Below the pieces are notes generated by a model. That model made no database searches. It was not told where the DNA came from and saw only the letters and a list, made by a program, of their open reading frames with translations. Made by a program: the position numbers and the translations under genes. DNA of 64,000 nucleotides, from positions 800,001 to 864,000 of the forward strand of contig OZ243913.1 in assembly GCA_965213705.1 (NCBI GenBank), given 5' to 3'. The DNA comes from Trueperaceae bacterium (GTDB lineage: Bacteria > Deinococcota > Deinococci > Deinococcales > Trueperaceae). This document shows positions 9,481 through 19,317 of the stretch, piece by piece; the first letter of the stretch is position 1, and every line of letters starts with the position of its first letter.

Positions 9481-10902
9481 TTATCCTTTCAAGCCGCTGA
9501 ACGACGCCCCTTCGACAAAGTAGCGCTGAAACACGACAAACAGAACAAGTATGGGAACCATCGACAAAAACGCGCCCGCCAAGATAAGCCCCCAGTCGCC
9601 CGCCGCGCCGTAAGCCTCGCGGAAGGTGAGCAGGCCGATGGGCAACGTGTACGAGCCCCGGCTGGTCATGGTGACGAGCGGCCAGAAAAAGTCGTTCCAG
9701 TTCGCTTGAAACGTCAAAATGGTCAGTGCGCCCAGCGCGGGCGTTGCCAGCGGAAAAACGATGCGAAAAAAGATTTGCCAGGGGTTGGCCCCGTCGATGC
9801 GGGCCGCTTCTTCGACAGAGGGCGGGACGGACTCGAAAAACTGCTTCATGATAAACACCGAGCTGGCCGCGACGAGCGCCGTCGCTCCGGCCCCGCCGAT
9901 GATGAGCCCGGGCAAGGTGTTGAGCAAGGTGCTCATCCCGAACAGCTTGCCGAGCCCGAAAATACCGTCCCGCAAGACGAGGTAGTTCGAAATGAAGGTG
10001 ACTTGCGCGGGCACCATCTGGCTGAACAGCACCAGCAAAAAAAGGGCGGCGCGACCCGGAAACTGCAGCCGGGCGAGCGCGTAACCCGCCAGCGAAGCGA
10101 AAACGACCGCCGCGACGACCCGTGCGCCCGCGTAGACGAACGAGTTGACAGTCCAACGCCAAAAAAGACTGCCGCCCTGCCGGTCCGTCGTGTTGCGAAA
10201 CACGCGCACGTAGTTCTTAAAGGCGTAACCCACGAAACCGGGGCTGAGGTTGTCCCACGAGGCTACGCGCCCACGCCGTTCGATGCGGTCGGGCGGCAGT
10301 GTTGAACGCAACACGCGCGCGCCTGAGCGCCAAGCGTCGCCGCTCAGGGTCAGGTCGAGCGGCACCTCTTGCACCCGCGGGCCTGCGCCGTCGTGTTGCA
10401 ACGTAAACGTGTAAGTCACGGCCTCACCCGGTTCACCCGCAAGCTCGAGCGGTTCGCGCCCCGTTTCCCGAACGACCACGCTCGTGTAGCTAGCGGCGAG
10501 GGGCCGCGGCGGGGGCGACACCAGCCGGGCGCTGGCCCGGCGCGCGGGTACGCTCACCTCGGGCGGCTCTACGCCGACGCCCTGGGGAACGAAGTAAACG
10601 ACCTCGAACGCGAGGCTCGAGCCCGTGCCGAACCCGCCCAGCCAAGGGTTGCCGCCGCCCTGGACCCCCAGCCGCGCCGCCGTGAGCCAGTTGCCGGGGC
10701 TGAGTTGCGGCGGCCTAAAGCTGAACGGCCACTCGAGCGGGTTGTTCTTGACGCTCGCGGCAAAGGCGACGTAAAACAGACCCAGCACGAAAGTGCCCAA
10801 CACGAGCAAAACGCCGTAGGCCCAGGCTACCCGCGCCCAGCGCCGCCGCGCGAGCCAACGCTTGTCCGCCGCCTCTTCGGGGGGTGAGGCCCGGACCGTC
10901 AC
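9481..10902 (-). CDS. Carbohydrate ABC permease (MalG-like) with large extracytoplasmic insert
   Basis: EEAARIDGA motif; GTG 10902 overlaps the upstream TGA. Confidence 0.9.
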   Translation of the reverse strand: MTVRASPPEEAADKRWLARRRWARVAWAYGVLLVLGTFVLGLFYVAFAASVKNNPLEWPFSFRPPQLSPGNWLTAARLGVQGGGNPWLGGFGTGSSLAFEVVYFVPQGVGVEPPEVSVPARRASARLVSPPPRPLAASYTSVVVRETGREPLELAGEPGEAVTYTFTLQHDGAGPRVQEVPLDLTLSGDAWRSGARVLRSTLPPDRIERRGRVASWDNLSPGFVGYAFKNYVRVFRNTTDRQGGSLFWRWTVNSFVYAGARVVAAVVFASLAGYALARLQFPGRAALFLLVLFSQMVPAQVTFISNYLVLRDGIFGLGKLFGMSTLLNTLPGLIIGGAGATALVAASSVFIMKQFFESVPPSVEEAARIDGANPWQIFFRIVFPLATPALGALTILTFQANWNDFFWPLVTMTSRGSYTLPIGLLTFREAYGAAGDWGLILAGAFLSMVPILVLFVVFQRYFVEGASFSGLKG

Positions 10903-11993
10903 GCGTGTCCCCGGTCGCTTATCCCGAAACGCCGCTGCAGCAGTACGATAAAAAGCGTCAGCGCCGCCAACACGAGGGCGGCGGCCGAACTCAGGCCGAT
11001 GCGGCTCTGTCCGCCTTCGGGAAACGCGCTCAAAAAAACGTAGTAAGCGAGGGAGATGCGCGACTCGAGCGGCGCGGCGCTGCCGAACAGGGCGACCTGG
11101 TCGAACAGTTGCAGCGTGCCGATAAGGGAGAGCGTGACGACCAAAAAAGTAATCGGTCTGAGCAGCGGCACCGTCACCCGAAAAAACTGCTGCAACGGCG
11201 TCGCGCCGTCGATGGCGGCCGCTTCGTAGAGCGTGTCGGGCACATCTTGCAAACCCGCCAAAAAAAGCAGCATAAAGGTGGGAATGGTCGTAAAAATGTT
11301 TTGCATGATGATGGCCCACAGCGGCACCGGCAAACCCAAAAAGGTCTGCGAGGTGTTGAGCCAGACCTGTTCGAAAACAACTTCTCGGGGGCTCAGCACG
11401 CCCAAAAAGCCGAGCGCGAAGGTCAGCGCGCCTGCACCCAAAACGGCCAAACTGAGCAGCGCCGGGTCGAGTGCCGCGGCGGGCAAGCCGCGCCGCCGCT
11501 CGAGCACCACCTGCGCCGCTTGTAACAACAAAACGAGCGCCACAAAGCTGAGCAGGTAAGGGCTGTAACGAAGGGTCCAGGTAACGGCGAAGTTGACAAA
11601 ACCGGCTCGCTGGTAAAGCCACAAAAATACGAGGGTGACGGCTGCGGAAGACAAAACGCTCGGCACATAAAACAGAGTCCTGAAAACGGTGATGCCGCGC
11701 AACCGCTGGTTGAGCAGGGTCGCCAAGACAAGTGCCAAAAAGGTCTGTACCGAGGTGACGATAAACGCGTAAGCGACGGTGTTTTTGAGCGCGACCAAAA
11801 ACAAGGGCTCGGTCACCAGCGCGACGTAGTTGCGGAGCCCCACCCAGCGCGGCGCGGTGAACAAGTCGTAGTCGGTAAAGCTGAAGTAAACGGTCCTGAA
11901 CAGCGCGTAGGCAAAAAAAACGCCGATGGAAAACAAAAACACGGCCAAAAACCCCAGCGCGTAACCCCCTTCGGCCCGACGTAGCTTGTTCAT
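10899..11993 (-). CDS. Carbohydrate ABC permease (MalF-like)
   Basis: LYEAAAIDGA motif; transmembrane segments. Confidence 0.92.
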   Translation of the reverse strand: MNKLRRAEGGYALGFLAVFLFSIGVFFAYALFRTVYFSFTDYDLFTAPRWVGLRNYVALVTEPLFLVALKNTVAYAFIVTSVQTFLALVLATLLNQRLRGITVFRTLFYVPSVLSSAAVTLVFLWLYQRAGFVNFAVTWTLRYSPYLLSFVALVLLLQAAQVVLERRRGLPAAALDPALLSLAVLGAGALTFALGFLGVLSPREVVFEQVWLNTSQTFLGLPVPLWAIIMQNIFTTIPTFMLLFLAGLQDVPDTLYEAAAIDGATPLQQFFRVTVPLLRPITFLVVTLSLIGTLQLFDQVALFGSAAPLESRISLAYYVFLSAFPEGGQSRIGLSSAAALVLAALTLFIVLLQRRFGISDRGHA

Positions 11994-12008
11994 GCGCCTC
12001 TCCTACTT

Positions 12009-12039
12009 GGGGGCTCGAGAGCTTAGCTCTCGAGCCCCC
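12009..12039 (-). terminator. Perfect 14-bp stem-loop after the SBP gene (attenuator or mRNA stabiliser)
   Basis: GGGGGCTCGAGAGC-TTA-GCTCTCGAGCCCCC; no U-tract. Confidence 0.65.
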
Positions 12040-12045
12040 GCACCC

Positions 12046-13281
12046 TTACTGCGAGTGTCCCGTCAAAGCGTCGAACTTGGTTTGCGCCTCGGCCAGCGCC
12101 TCGTCGACGGTTTGTTCGCCCAACAACACTTTGTTGATGGCGCTGTCGACGATTTCTTGCCAGCGCGGCCCGTAAGTGCCGAACTTGTAAGGCAAAACGT
12201 TCTCCATCTGCGCGGCTTCCAGCGACGTCCTAGCGAGTTCCGCGGCAGGGGTGTCGGCTTGAAAGTAAGGGTCGTCCTGCAACGCCTTGCGGCTCGGCAG
12301 GCTCGTACCGGCCGACAAGTTGATGCGCTGCGCCTCGGGGCTGAGCAGCGCCTCCATCACTTTTATAGCCGCTTCTTGGTCTGCGGTAGATTTGTTCAGG
12401 GCCCAGGCGTTGGTGAAGATGTAGTTGCCGCGCTCGCCCGTCACGGGGTCTTTGGGCAGCAGGGTCGTGCCGTAAACCAAGTTGGGCGCCTGGTCGTTCA
12501 AAAAGCCGGCAATCCACAATCCTTCGATGGCGACGGCGACCTGGTCGTTCGCGAAACAGCCGCCAGTCCAACCCGGACTGCCGACGACGTCTTGGGTGAT
12601 GCCCGCACCGTTCTCGACCAGACCTGTGTAAAACTCGAAGGCGCGGCGAAAATTATCGTCCAGTACGGTGCGTCCCTCGTCGTCGAAGGGCCGCCAACCG
12701 GTCGAGAAAGCGAACGCCCCGAGCCGGGCGAAGTCCGGCACGACGCACAGCCCGTAGGTGTCGTCGAGAGCGGACTGAACGGCGGCGAGCTTCTCCTGAA
12801 AAGTCTCCCAAGTGTCGTCCGCGTTCGGGTAGTCGACGCCCGCCTGGTCGAAAATGTCTTTGTTGTACTCCACGACCAGGTTGTTAAAGTCTTTAGGCAG
12901 CCCGTACAGTTCTCCGCCGACCAGGTAAGCGTCTTTGATGGTGTCGATAAAGGCGTCTTCGTATCCTGCGGGCAGCTTGTCGCCGACAGGGTCGATAGCG
13001 CCCGTGTCGATGACGCCGTTCGACCAGTAGATGTCGATGTAAAACAGGTCGGGCGCGGTGCCCGCCGAAAGCGCGTTGGTGATGTACTGGTTGAAGTCGC
13101 CGGGAATGGGCTCGTAAACGATGTCGATGTTTTCGCCCTCGAGCATGGGGCGAACCGCCTCGTCCAACACCTGGTTGACCTGCGAAGCGTCGCCGTCGAA
13201 ACCGGCGATGCGGATTTGGGTTTGCGCCTGAGCAAAACCCAACAAGGCGCTGAACGTAAGAAGCAGGGCGAGTTTTTTCAA
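12046..13281 (-). CDS. Sugar ABC transporter substrate-binding protein
   Basis: Signal peptide; APDLFY, YGLPKDFN, YNKDIFDQAGV. Confidence 0.92.
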   Translation of the reverse strand: MKKLALLLTFSALLGFAQAQTQIRIAGFDGDASQVNQVLDEAVRPMLEGENIDIVYEPIPGDFNQYITNALSAGTAPDLFYIDIYWSNGVIDTGAIDPVGDKLPAGYEDAFIDTIKDAYLVGGELYGLPKDFNNLVVEYNKDIFDQAGVDYPNADDTWETFQEKLAAVQSALDDTYGLCVVPDFARLGAFAFSTGWRPFDDEGRTVLDDNFRRAFEFYTGLVENGAGITQDVVGSPGWTGGCFANDQVAVAIEGLWIAGFLNDQAPNLVYGTTLLPKDPVTGERGNYIFTNAWALNKSTADQEAAIKVMEALLSPEAQRINLSAGTSLPSRKALQDDPYFQADTPAAELARTSLEAAQMENVLPYKFGTYGPRWQEIVDSAINKVLLGEQTVDEALAEAQTKFDALTGHSQ

Positions 13282-13441
13282 GGTGTCCTCCAGGTTGAAA
13301 TAGACGAGGTGAAACAGACAGGGCGAAAAGGGTGGGGTGAATTGGACGCGGTGAGTTGGACGCGGTAAATTGAACGGGGTGAAAAAGGACCAGAAAACGA
13401 GCGGGTACAGCTTGGGCTACCCCTGATTCGGGTTGCCGTCC

Positions 13442-14452
13442 TCACCTCCTTCTGGCGGTCGTGCCGCGCACGACGAGTTGGACGGGCAGCTTGACGTGGC
13501 GGGGCGGTTTGCGCTCGAGGGCTTCTTTGATGAGGTCGACGGTCGTGGTGACGAAGGTCGCGATGTCTTGCCGAACGGTCGTAAACGTTTCGCCGATTTC
13601 GGGCAGGTCGTCGTAGCCGACCACCGAAACGTCGTCGGGCACCCTCAAACCCGCCTCTTCCACCGCGGCGATGGCGCCCTCGGCCATTTCGTCCGACAGG
13701 GCGAACACGGCGCTGAAGGCGGGGCCGTGTGCGAGCGCCCGGCTCACGCCTATAAACGCTCCCAAGGTCGTAAACTCGCCTTGCACCACCCGCTCGGACC
13801 CGTACGGAACGCCCGCCGCGGCGAGCGCGTCCGCAAAGCCTCGCTCGCGCTCGAACGCGGCTTGCCCGAGCGTCGTGAAGTGGGCCGTGCGCGCCCGCCC
13901 CGAGCCGCCCGTGACGACCAAGACCTCTTTGTGGTTCAGCCTGAGCAGGTGTTCAGCCGCCTGACGCCCCCCGTCGTAGTCGTCCGACGCGACGCTGTGG
14001 CTGTTGCCCACGTCGCCCAAAACGACGAAGGGAACGCCTCGCCCGAGCAGGTGAGCCACCCGCGGGTCGTCGTCGAGCAACCCCGTCAAAACCATCACGT
14101 CGGGGGTTTCTGCGGGCATCCCGTCGGCTCCGGTCGGAATGTCCGCGAAACGAAGACCCTGCTGGTAGAGTTCGCCGAAAAGCTGTTCGCGAAACACGGT
14201 GGCGAACGGCGTCAGGCGACGGTTGCCCTGGGAGGTGTTCAGTCCGACGTGCGTCACTTGCCGAAGCCCCAGTTCGCGCGCGGTCAGGTTCGGGATGTAG
14301 TTGAGCTTCTGGATGGTCTCGAGCACCGCCGCCTTGGTCCGCGTCTTGACGCCGGGACGGTTGTTGAGCACCCGGCTCACCGTCGACGCGGAAACACCCG
14401 CCGCCGCCGCGACCGCGTGGATGGTTTGTTTGTTTGCCGGCGCTTCAGCCAT
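13442..14452 (-). CDS. LacI-family regulator
   Basis: TIHAVAAAAGVSASTVSRVLN HTH; VPDDVSVVGYDD. Confidence 0.92.
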   Translation of the reverse strand: MAEAPANKQTIHAVAAAAGVSASTVSRVLNNRPGVKTRTKAAVLETIQKLNYIPNLTARELGLRQVTHVGLNTSQGNRRLTPFATVFREQLFGELYQQGLRFADIPTGADGMPAETPDVMVLTGLLDDDPRVAHLLGRGVPFVVLGDVGNSHSVASDDYDGGRQAAEHLLRLNHKEVLVVTGGSGRARTAHFTTLGQAAFERERGFADALAAAGVPYGSERVVQGEFTTLGAFIGVSRALAHGPAFSAVFALSDEMAEGAIAAVEEAGLRVPDDVSVVGYDDLPEIGETFTTVRQDIATFVTTTVDLIKEALERKPPRHVKLPVQLVVRGTTARRR

Positions 14453-14493
14453 CACGGCGTCCCTTCTGGAAAGTGCGGCTGGTCTCAACTTAC

Positions 14494-14555
14494 TTTGAAA
14501 CCGCTTTCAAAATGTTGGTAAGCAAAATATAAGCCAAGGCCTCGGGCCTTGTCAA
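14494..14555 (-). promoter_or_regulatory. Sigma70 promoter (TTGACA-18-TATATT) and LacI-type operator TTTGAAACCGCTTTCAAA
   Basis: Palindrome at 14494-14511 lies downstream of the -10 box of the lacI gene. Confidence 0.7.
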
Positions 14556-14671
14556 TAGCGGTCAGGTCTGGAGGGATATGGTCCTCTACGTGATGATGTG
14601 CCAGGGTACTGGACAATGTTATCTTGGTGTGTGGAAGAGGGTAGGGTGGACACTCCCACCGATAAGCAACT

Positions 14672-14686
14672 TTTGAAACCGCTTTC
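14672..14686 (+). promoter_or_regulatory. Second LacI-type operator (TTTGAAACCGCTTTC)
   Basis: 15-bp match to the 14494 site, just upstream of the hydrolase RBS. Confidence 0.7.
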
Positions 14687-14717
14687 TATATTCGAATTCA
14701 CTTCGACGGAGGCTCAA

Positions 14718-16490
14718 ATGACTTTTAGAACTGACCGCGTTCCTTTCAGCCTGTTTGGGTCTTATTTGTCGCTTTCCGCGCTCAAACAAGGCTCTGTCCC
14801 GCCGACCGACCCCGCAGCTCTCTACTTGCGGACGCACCGGGGCGGCGGCCGCTCGGTGCTGCAGCTGGAAGTCATGCAGGGCACCAACCCCGTCAAGCTC
14901 GAGCCGCGAGCGAGTCCAAACCTGTTGCGTTTGGAAAACGAGCAAGGCTTTGTGGAGGTTTGCTTTGCGGGCGTGAGTACCCTGAGGTTGCGCGGCCGGG
15001 GCCTGGGTTTACGATTTGTTCCCCTGTTTCCCACGGTTCTCTACAGCGCCGCGGCAGACACCTTTACCCTGAATATTTTGGCGGCCAGGGAGCAGTACCG
15101 CGTGGCCGCCCTTAGCGGTGAACTGAGCGCTCGAGGTTTTTACGGCGAAAAAGGTGACAAAAACATAGCAGTCGGCAGCGCTGGAGACGACAAAAACACG
15201 GGCGACGTGCAAAGGGGCGACGCCGAAGGGAATGGCGTGGAAACTGTTAGCGAACACGCGGTCAGCGTGACCATTGCCGGCGTGAGCGTTGCAGAGGCGT
15301 GGGAGGTGTCGCTGCAAGGTTTCGGCAGTACGCCCGGCCCCGAACCGCAGCAGTCTTTTGAAAGCTGTTTGGAGGGTCGGCGCTCGGCTTTTCAGACGTG
15401 GCTGGGCGGGTTGCCGGCGGTGCCGGAAAGGTTTGCAGAGGCTCGTGAGCTGGCGGGTTACGTGCTGTACTCGAGCGCCGTCGCACCTTCTGGTTTGTTC
15501 AAGCGCCCGGCGCTGCTCATGTCTAAAAATTGGATGGACTACGTGTGGAGTTGGGACCACTGTTTCAACGCGCTCGCGCTCGCGCCCGGTCACCCTGGCC
15601 TCGCCTGGGACCAGTTGCTGCTCATGGCCGACCAACAAGACGAGCACGGCGCTTACCCCGACGCCTACAACAGCGACCACGCCGTCTACAACTTCGCCAA
15701 ACCTCCCGTTCACGGCTGGGCCACGCTGGAACTGTTGAAACGAAGTCCCGCGCCCGTCCCAGACGAGACGCTTCGGGCGATTTACACGTCGTTGGCCCGC
15801 TGGACGGCCTGGTGGCTGGACCACCGCGTTTTGCCCGGCGAGCAGCTTCCCTTTTACCTGCACGGCAACGACAGCGGCTGGGACAACAGCACCGTGTTCG
15901 ACCGCGGCGTGCCGCTCATGACGCCGGACTTGAGCGCTTACCTCGTTTTGCAACTCGAAGCGCTCGGCCGTTTGGCGCGCGTCTTAAACGACCCCGCCGA
16001 GGCCGACTGGGTTTTCAGGGCGAATCATCTTATGGAGCGTCTGCTCGCCGAGCTGTGGCAAGAAGACCGCTTTGTCGCGAAACACGCGGGCGGTGAGCGG
16101 GTCGGTTCGCAGAGCCTACTCCTGAACATGCCCGTCGTTTTGGGACGGCGCTTGCCCGAGAGCGTTCGCGCCGCGCTGAAAGACAACATCATGCGTTTCG
16201 AGACGGCGCACGGCCTGGCGACCGAAGTGCCGCAGAGTGGCGAGTACCGGCCCGACGGGTACTGGCGCGGCCCCATGTGGGCACCCGCGACCTACCTCGT
16301 TTGTAAGGGCCTCGAGCAGGGCGGTTTTGCAGAACCGGCAAACCGTATCGCTGAAAAGTTTTGCGCCACTTGCGCCGCGAGCGGTTTCGCCGAGAACTTC
16401 GACGCCCTGTCCGGCGCGGGTCTGCGCGACCGCGCCTACACCTGGACGGCGAGCGTGTTTTTGCTGCTGGGGTCGGGTTTGACCGACTAG
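14718..16490 (+). CDS. GH63/MGH1-like (alpha/alpha)6 glycoside hydrolase
   Basis: VWSWDHCF, KPPVHGW, NDSGWDNS, YWRGPMW, FAENFD...YTWTAS; GGAGG RBS before ATG 14718. Confidence 0.82.
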   Translation: MTFRTDRVPFSLFGSYLSLSALKQGSVPPTDPAALYLRTHRGGGRSVLQLEVMQGTNPVKLEPRASPNLLRLENEQGFVEVCFAGVSTLRLRGRGLGLRFVPLFPTVLYSAAADTFTLNILAAREQYRVAALSGELSARGFYGEKGDKNIAVGSAGDDKNTGDVQRGDAEGNGVETVSEHAVSVTIAGVSVAEAWEVSLQGFGSTPGPEPQQSFESCLEGRRSAFQTWLGGLPAVPERFAEARELAGYVLYSSAVAPSGLFKRPALLMSKNWMDYVWSWDHCFNALALAPGHPGLAWDQLLLMADQQDEHGAYPDAYNSDHAVYNFAKPPVHGWATLELLKRSPAPVPDETLRAIYTSLARWTAWWLDHRVLPGEQLPFYLHGNDSGWDNSTVFDRGVPLMTPDLSAYLVLQLEALGRLARVLNDPAEADWVFRANHLMERLLAELWQEDRFVAKHAGGERVGSQSLLLNMPVVLGRRLPESVRAALKDNIMRFETAHGLATEVPQSGEYRPDGYWRGPMWAPATYLVCKGLEQGGFAEPANRIAEKFCATCAASGFAENFDALSGAGLRDRAYTWTASVFLLLGSGLTD

Positions 16491-16524
16491 GGTTCGTCCG
16501 AATAGGCGCGCTCGCAAAAAGCGC

Positions 16525-17772
16525 TTACTTGTGTACCCGCACAACCCTCTCCTCGAGCCGCGCCGTCTCGGCCGCGAACGCCATAAGGTGAGACTCGAGG
16601 CTTTCGGCGGGACCTGACAAAAGCGTGTTGCCGTTGCCCGTCCTGACGGCCTCGACAAACGCGTCGACGAGCCCTTCGTCCCCGCCGCCGTGGCCCTCGA
16701 CGATGCTGAGGGGGTCGACGTGCGCGTGGGTGTCGACGAACACCGTCTGCTCGCTCAAAAAGTCCGTCACCGCGAGGGTTCGACCGTCACCGTAAATTTC
16801 TCCCCTGGTGCCGAACAGGTGTGTCGACCGGGGACGGGGCACGTTGAAAGCGGTCATCGTCAGGGCCGCCGTCTTGCCGCTGGCAAAGACCATGTTGACG
16901 ACTTGGTGGTCGACGACGTTGTTGTCGCACTCGTAAACGCAGCGACCGTAGGGGCCGGCGAGCGCGCGGCGCACGCCGGCCTCGGTCAAGTCGAGCGTGA
17001 CGGCGCTGAGCGGCATTCCGGTTTTGCCCGCTCGCAAAAGCCCCGAGTAAAAGCGCTCGGCGGAATAGGGACAGTCGGGCTCGTAGGCGCACTCCGTGCA
17101 GCGTACGGCCTCGCCTGCGGCCGTGGGTTTGTGCTCTTTTTTGAAGTGGTAGAGGTTTCCGAACGAGGACACCTTGCTGCAGGGCTCGGCCATGACGTAG
17201 CGAATCCAGTCGAGGTCGTGGCAGGCTTTAGCCAACAGCATAAACGAAGACGTTTCGGCGTTTCGCCAGTTCCCGCGCACGTAAGAGTGAGCCTGGTGCC
17301 AGTAGCCTACCGGCTCGAGCCGCTGCAGGGACACCAGCTCACCGACCGCCCCTTCTGCGAGCAACTTTTTTAGGGTTGCCGTGTAAGGCGTGTAACGCAG
17401 AACGTGGCCCACGGCCATCAGCACTCCCGCTCGCTCTACGGCGCCGACGATGTCACGGCATTCCTGCTCGGTCGGGGCCATCGGTTTCTCGAGCAACAGG
17501 TGGTAGCCCTTGTCGACCAAGTTGATAGCTGGCTGGGCGTGCTCGGCGTCCGGCAGGGCAACCGCAACTGCGTCGGCCAGGCGTTCCCGACTTGCCAACT
17601 TGCGCCAGCTGGTAAACGTTTCGGCTTCGGGATGGTGTTTGGCAAGCCTTGCCAGGGCGTCCGGTCTGGGTTCGGCTATCGCGACGACTTTCAACTTGTC
17701 GGGATGACGAAGCGCGTAGTCGGCGTAGACGGTTCCCCGGTTGCCCGCTCCGAGAATTGCTAGGGTTACCAT
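16525..17772 (-). CDS. Gfo/Idh/MocA oxidoreductase
   Basis: GAGNRG, LLEKP and CHDLD motifs. Confidence 0.9.
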   Translation of the reverse strand: MVTLAILGAGNRGTVYADYALRHPDKLKVVAIAEPRPDALARLAKHHPEAETFTSWRKLASRERLADAVAVALPDAEHAQPAINLVDKGYHLLLEKPMAPTEQECRDIVGAVERAGVLMAVGHVLRYTPYTATLKKLLAEGAVGELVSLQRLEPVGYWHQAHSYVRGNWRNAETSSFMLLAKACHDLDWIRYVMAEPCSKVSSFGNLYHFKKEHKPTAAGEAVRCTECAYEPDCPYSAERFYSGLLRAGKTGMPLSAVTLDLTEAGVRRALAGPYGRCVYECDNNVVDHQVVNMVFASGKTAALTMTAFNVPRPRSTHLFGTRGEIYGDGRTLAVTDFLSEQTVFVDTHAHVDPLSIVEGHGGGDEGLVDAFVEAVRTGNGNTLLSGPAESLESHLMAFAAETARLEERVVRVHK

Positions 17773-17828
17773 TTTTTCCTCTCTAAATAACCTTTTCTCA
17801 TTTGTTTCTTATTATTTATAGCTAGCTA

Positions 17829-17882
17829 TTGACAGGCACTATAAAGGTAGTTTATGGTTTGTGCAAGTTACAAAAACGTTTT
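17829..17882 (+). promoter_or_regulatory. Sigma70 promoter (TTGACA-18-TATGGT) and LacI-type operator AAAACGTTTT
   Basis: AT-rich divergent region; palindrome at 17873-17882. Confidence 0.6.
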
Positions 17883-18048
17883 CGCTTTTTGGTTGTCTGC
17901 CGGTGAACACTCAAGCGTGACCACGACGAGAGTTTTTGAGAGGTGGTGAACTTTTCACAAGTCGGCTGCTAAACCGCCGGTTTCAACCGGCGAACACGCC
18001 ACGCAACTTGGCATCACGCAACTTGGCATCACGCAACCTGGAGGAACG

Positions 18049-19266
18049 ATGAAAAAGTCGGGTTTGGTTTTAAGTTTAACGCTTGCAGCGCTTTTCAGCT
18101 TCGTCTCGGCGCAGACGACGGTGCGCTTGGCCGGATTCGACGGGGACGCCAACAGCATGGCCGCCCTGCTCGACGCCGTCGTCAACCCCGCCCTGGCCGA
18201 CGACGGCGTCGTCGCCGTGTTCGAGCCGTTGCCGGACTTTCAGCAACAACTCACCAACAGCCTGTCGGCGGGCACGGCCGCCGACCTGTTTTTTGTGGAC
18301 ATTTTGTGGTCCGAAGCCATTTTCGGCACGGGTGCGGTGGCACCTTTGGAAAGCGTGGACACGTCCGCCTACTTGCCCAACTTGGTCGAAGCGTTTACGT
18401 TCGAAGGCACGACGTTCGGGATTCCCAAAGACTTCAACACCTTGGGCGTCGAGTACAACAAAGACATCTTCGACGACGCAGGCGTCGAGTACCCGGACGC
18501 CGACGACACTTGGGACGACTTCAAACAAAAACTCGTCGCCGTTCAGTCGGCACTCGACGACACTTACGGCGTGTGCGTCATTCCCGAAATGGCGCGTTTT
18601 GGGACTTTCGCGTTCGCGACGGGCTGGGAACCTTTCAACGCGGACGGCCACACCGACCTCGACGCCGACTTTAGACGAGCTTTCGAATTCTACACCGGGC
18701 TCGTCGCCGACGGGGCCGGCGTCACCCAAGACGTCGTCGGCAGCCCGGGTTGGGGCGGCGGCTGTTTTGCGACCGACCAGGTTGCGGTGACCGTTGAGGG
18801 CAGTTGGCTGGCCGGCTTTTTGCGCGACCAAGCCCCCAACTTAGTGTACGGCACGACCCTTATACCCAAAGACCCCGTCACGGGCGAGCGCGGCAACTTT
18901 ATTTACACCGTGTCTTGGAGCGTCAACAAAAATGCAGACCAAGAGGCGGCCCTCAAGGTGCTGAAGGCGCTTACCAGTGAAGAGGCGCAGCAGTACGTGC
19001 TCGAGCAGGGCTTAGCCATCCCGAGCATTGCGGCCTTGGGCGACAACCCCTACTTTGCGGCCGACGACAAAGAGGCCGAAATCAAACGGGTCATTTTTGA
19101 GGGTGCCAGCGACGGCAACGTGTTGCCTTACAAGTTTGGAAGCTATGGCGGTGACTGGGAAGCAATCGTCAACGACGCCCTCAGCGCGGTGTTGCTCGGT
19201 GAGCGCTCGGTCGACGAGGCGTTGGCGGAGGCGCAAGTAAGGCTGGACAGCCTGACCGGCAGGTAA
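18049..19266 (+). CDS. Sugar ABC substrate-binding protein (paralog of 12046-13281)
   Basis: Shared blocks YNKDIFD.AGV.YP, TQDVVGSPGW.GGCFA, PKDPVTGERGN. Confidence 0.92.
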   Translation: MKKSGLVLSLTLAALFSFVSAQTTVRLAGFDGDANSMAALLDAVVNPALADDGVVAVFEPLPDFQQQLTNSLSAGTAADLFFVDILWSEAIFGTGAVAPLESVDTSAYLPNLVEAFTFEGTTFGIPKDFNTLGVEYNKDIFDDAGVEYPDADDTWDDFKQKLVAVQSALDDTYGVCVIPEMARFGTFAFATGWEPFNADGHTDLDADFRRAFEFYTGLVADGAGVTQDVVGSPGWGGGCFATDQVAVTVEGSWLAGFLRDQAPNLVYGTTLIPKDPVTGERGNFIYTVSWSVNKNADQEAALKVLKALTSEEAQQYVLEQGLAIPSIAALGDNPYFAADDKEAEIKRVIFEGASDGNVLPYKFGSYGGDWEAIVNDALSAVLLGERSVDEALAEAQVRLDSLTGR

Positions 19267-19271
19267 GTTGG

Positions 19272-19308
19272 GTCGGGGCGGTTGGCCCGGGGTCGACCGC
19301 CCCCCGAC
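19272..19308 (+). terminator. GC-rich stem-loop after the SBP gene
   Basis: GTCGGGGCGGTTGGCCC pairs with GGGTCGACCGCCCCCGAC. Confidence 0.55.
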
Positions 19309-19317
19309 GGAGGTCTG

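Noticed and set aside
9481..11622. 713 aa fused permease, and extended ORFs 31992-33743, 41067-43001 and 42248-43735
   Set aside because: The N-terminal extensions overlap other genes; better-supported starts are 10902, 33188, 41994 and 42998.
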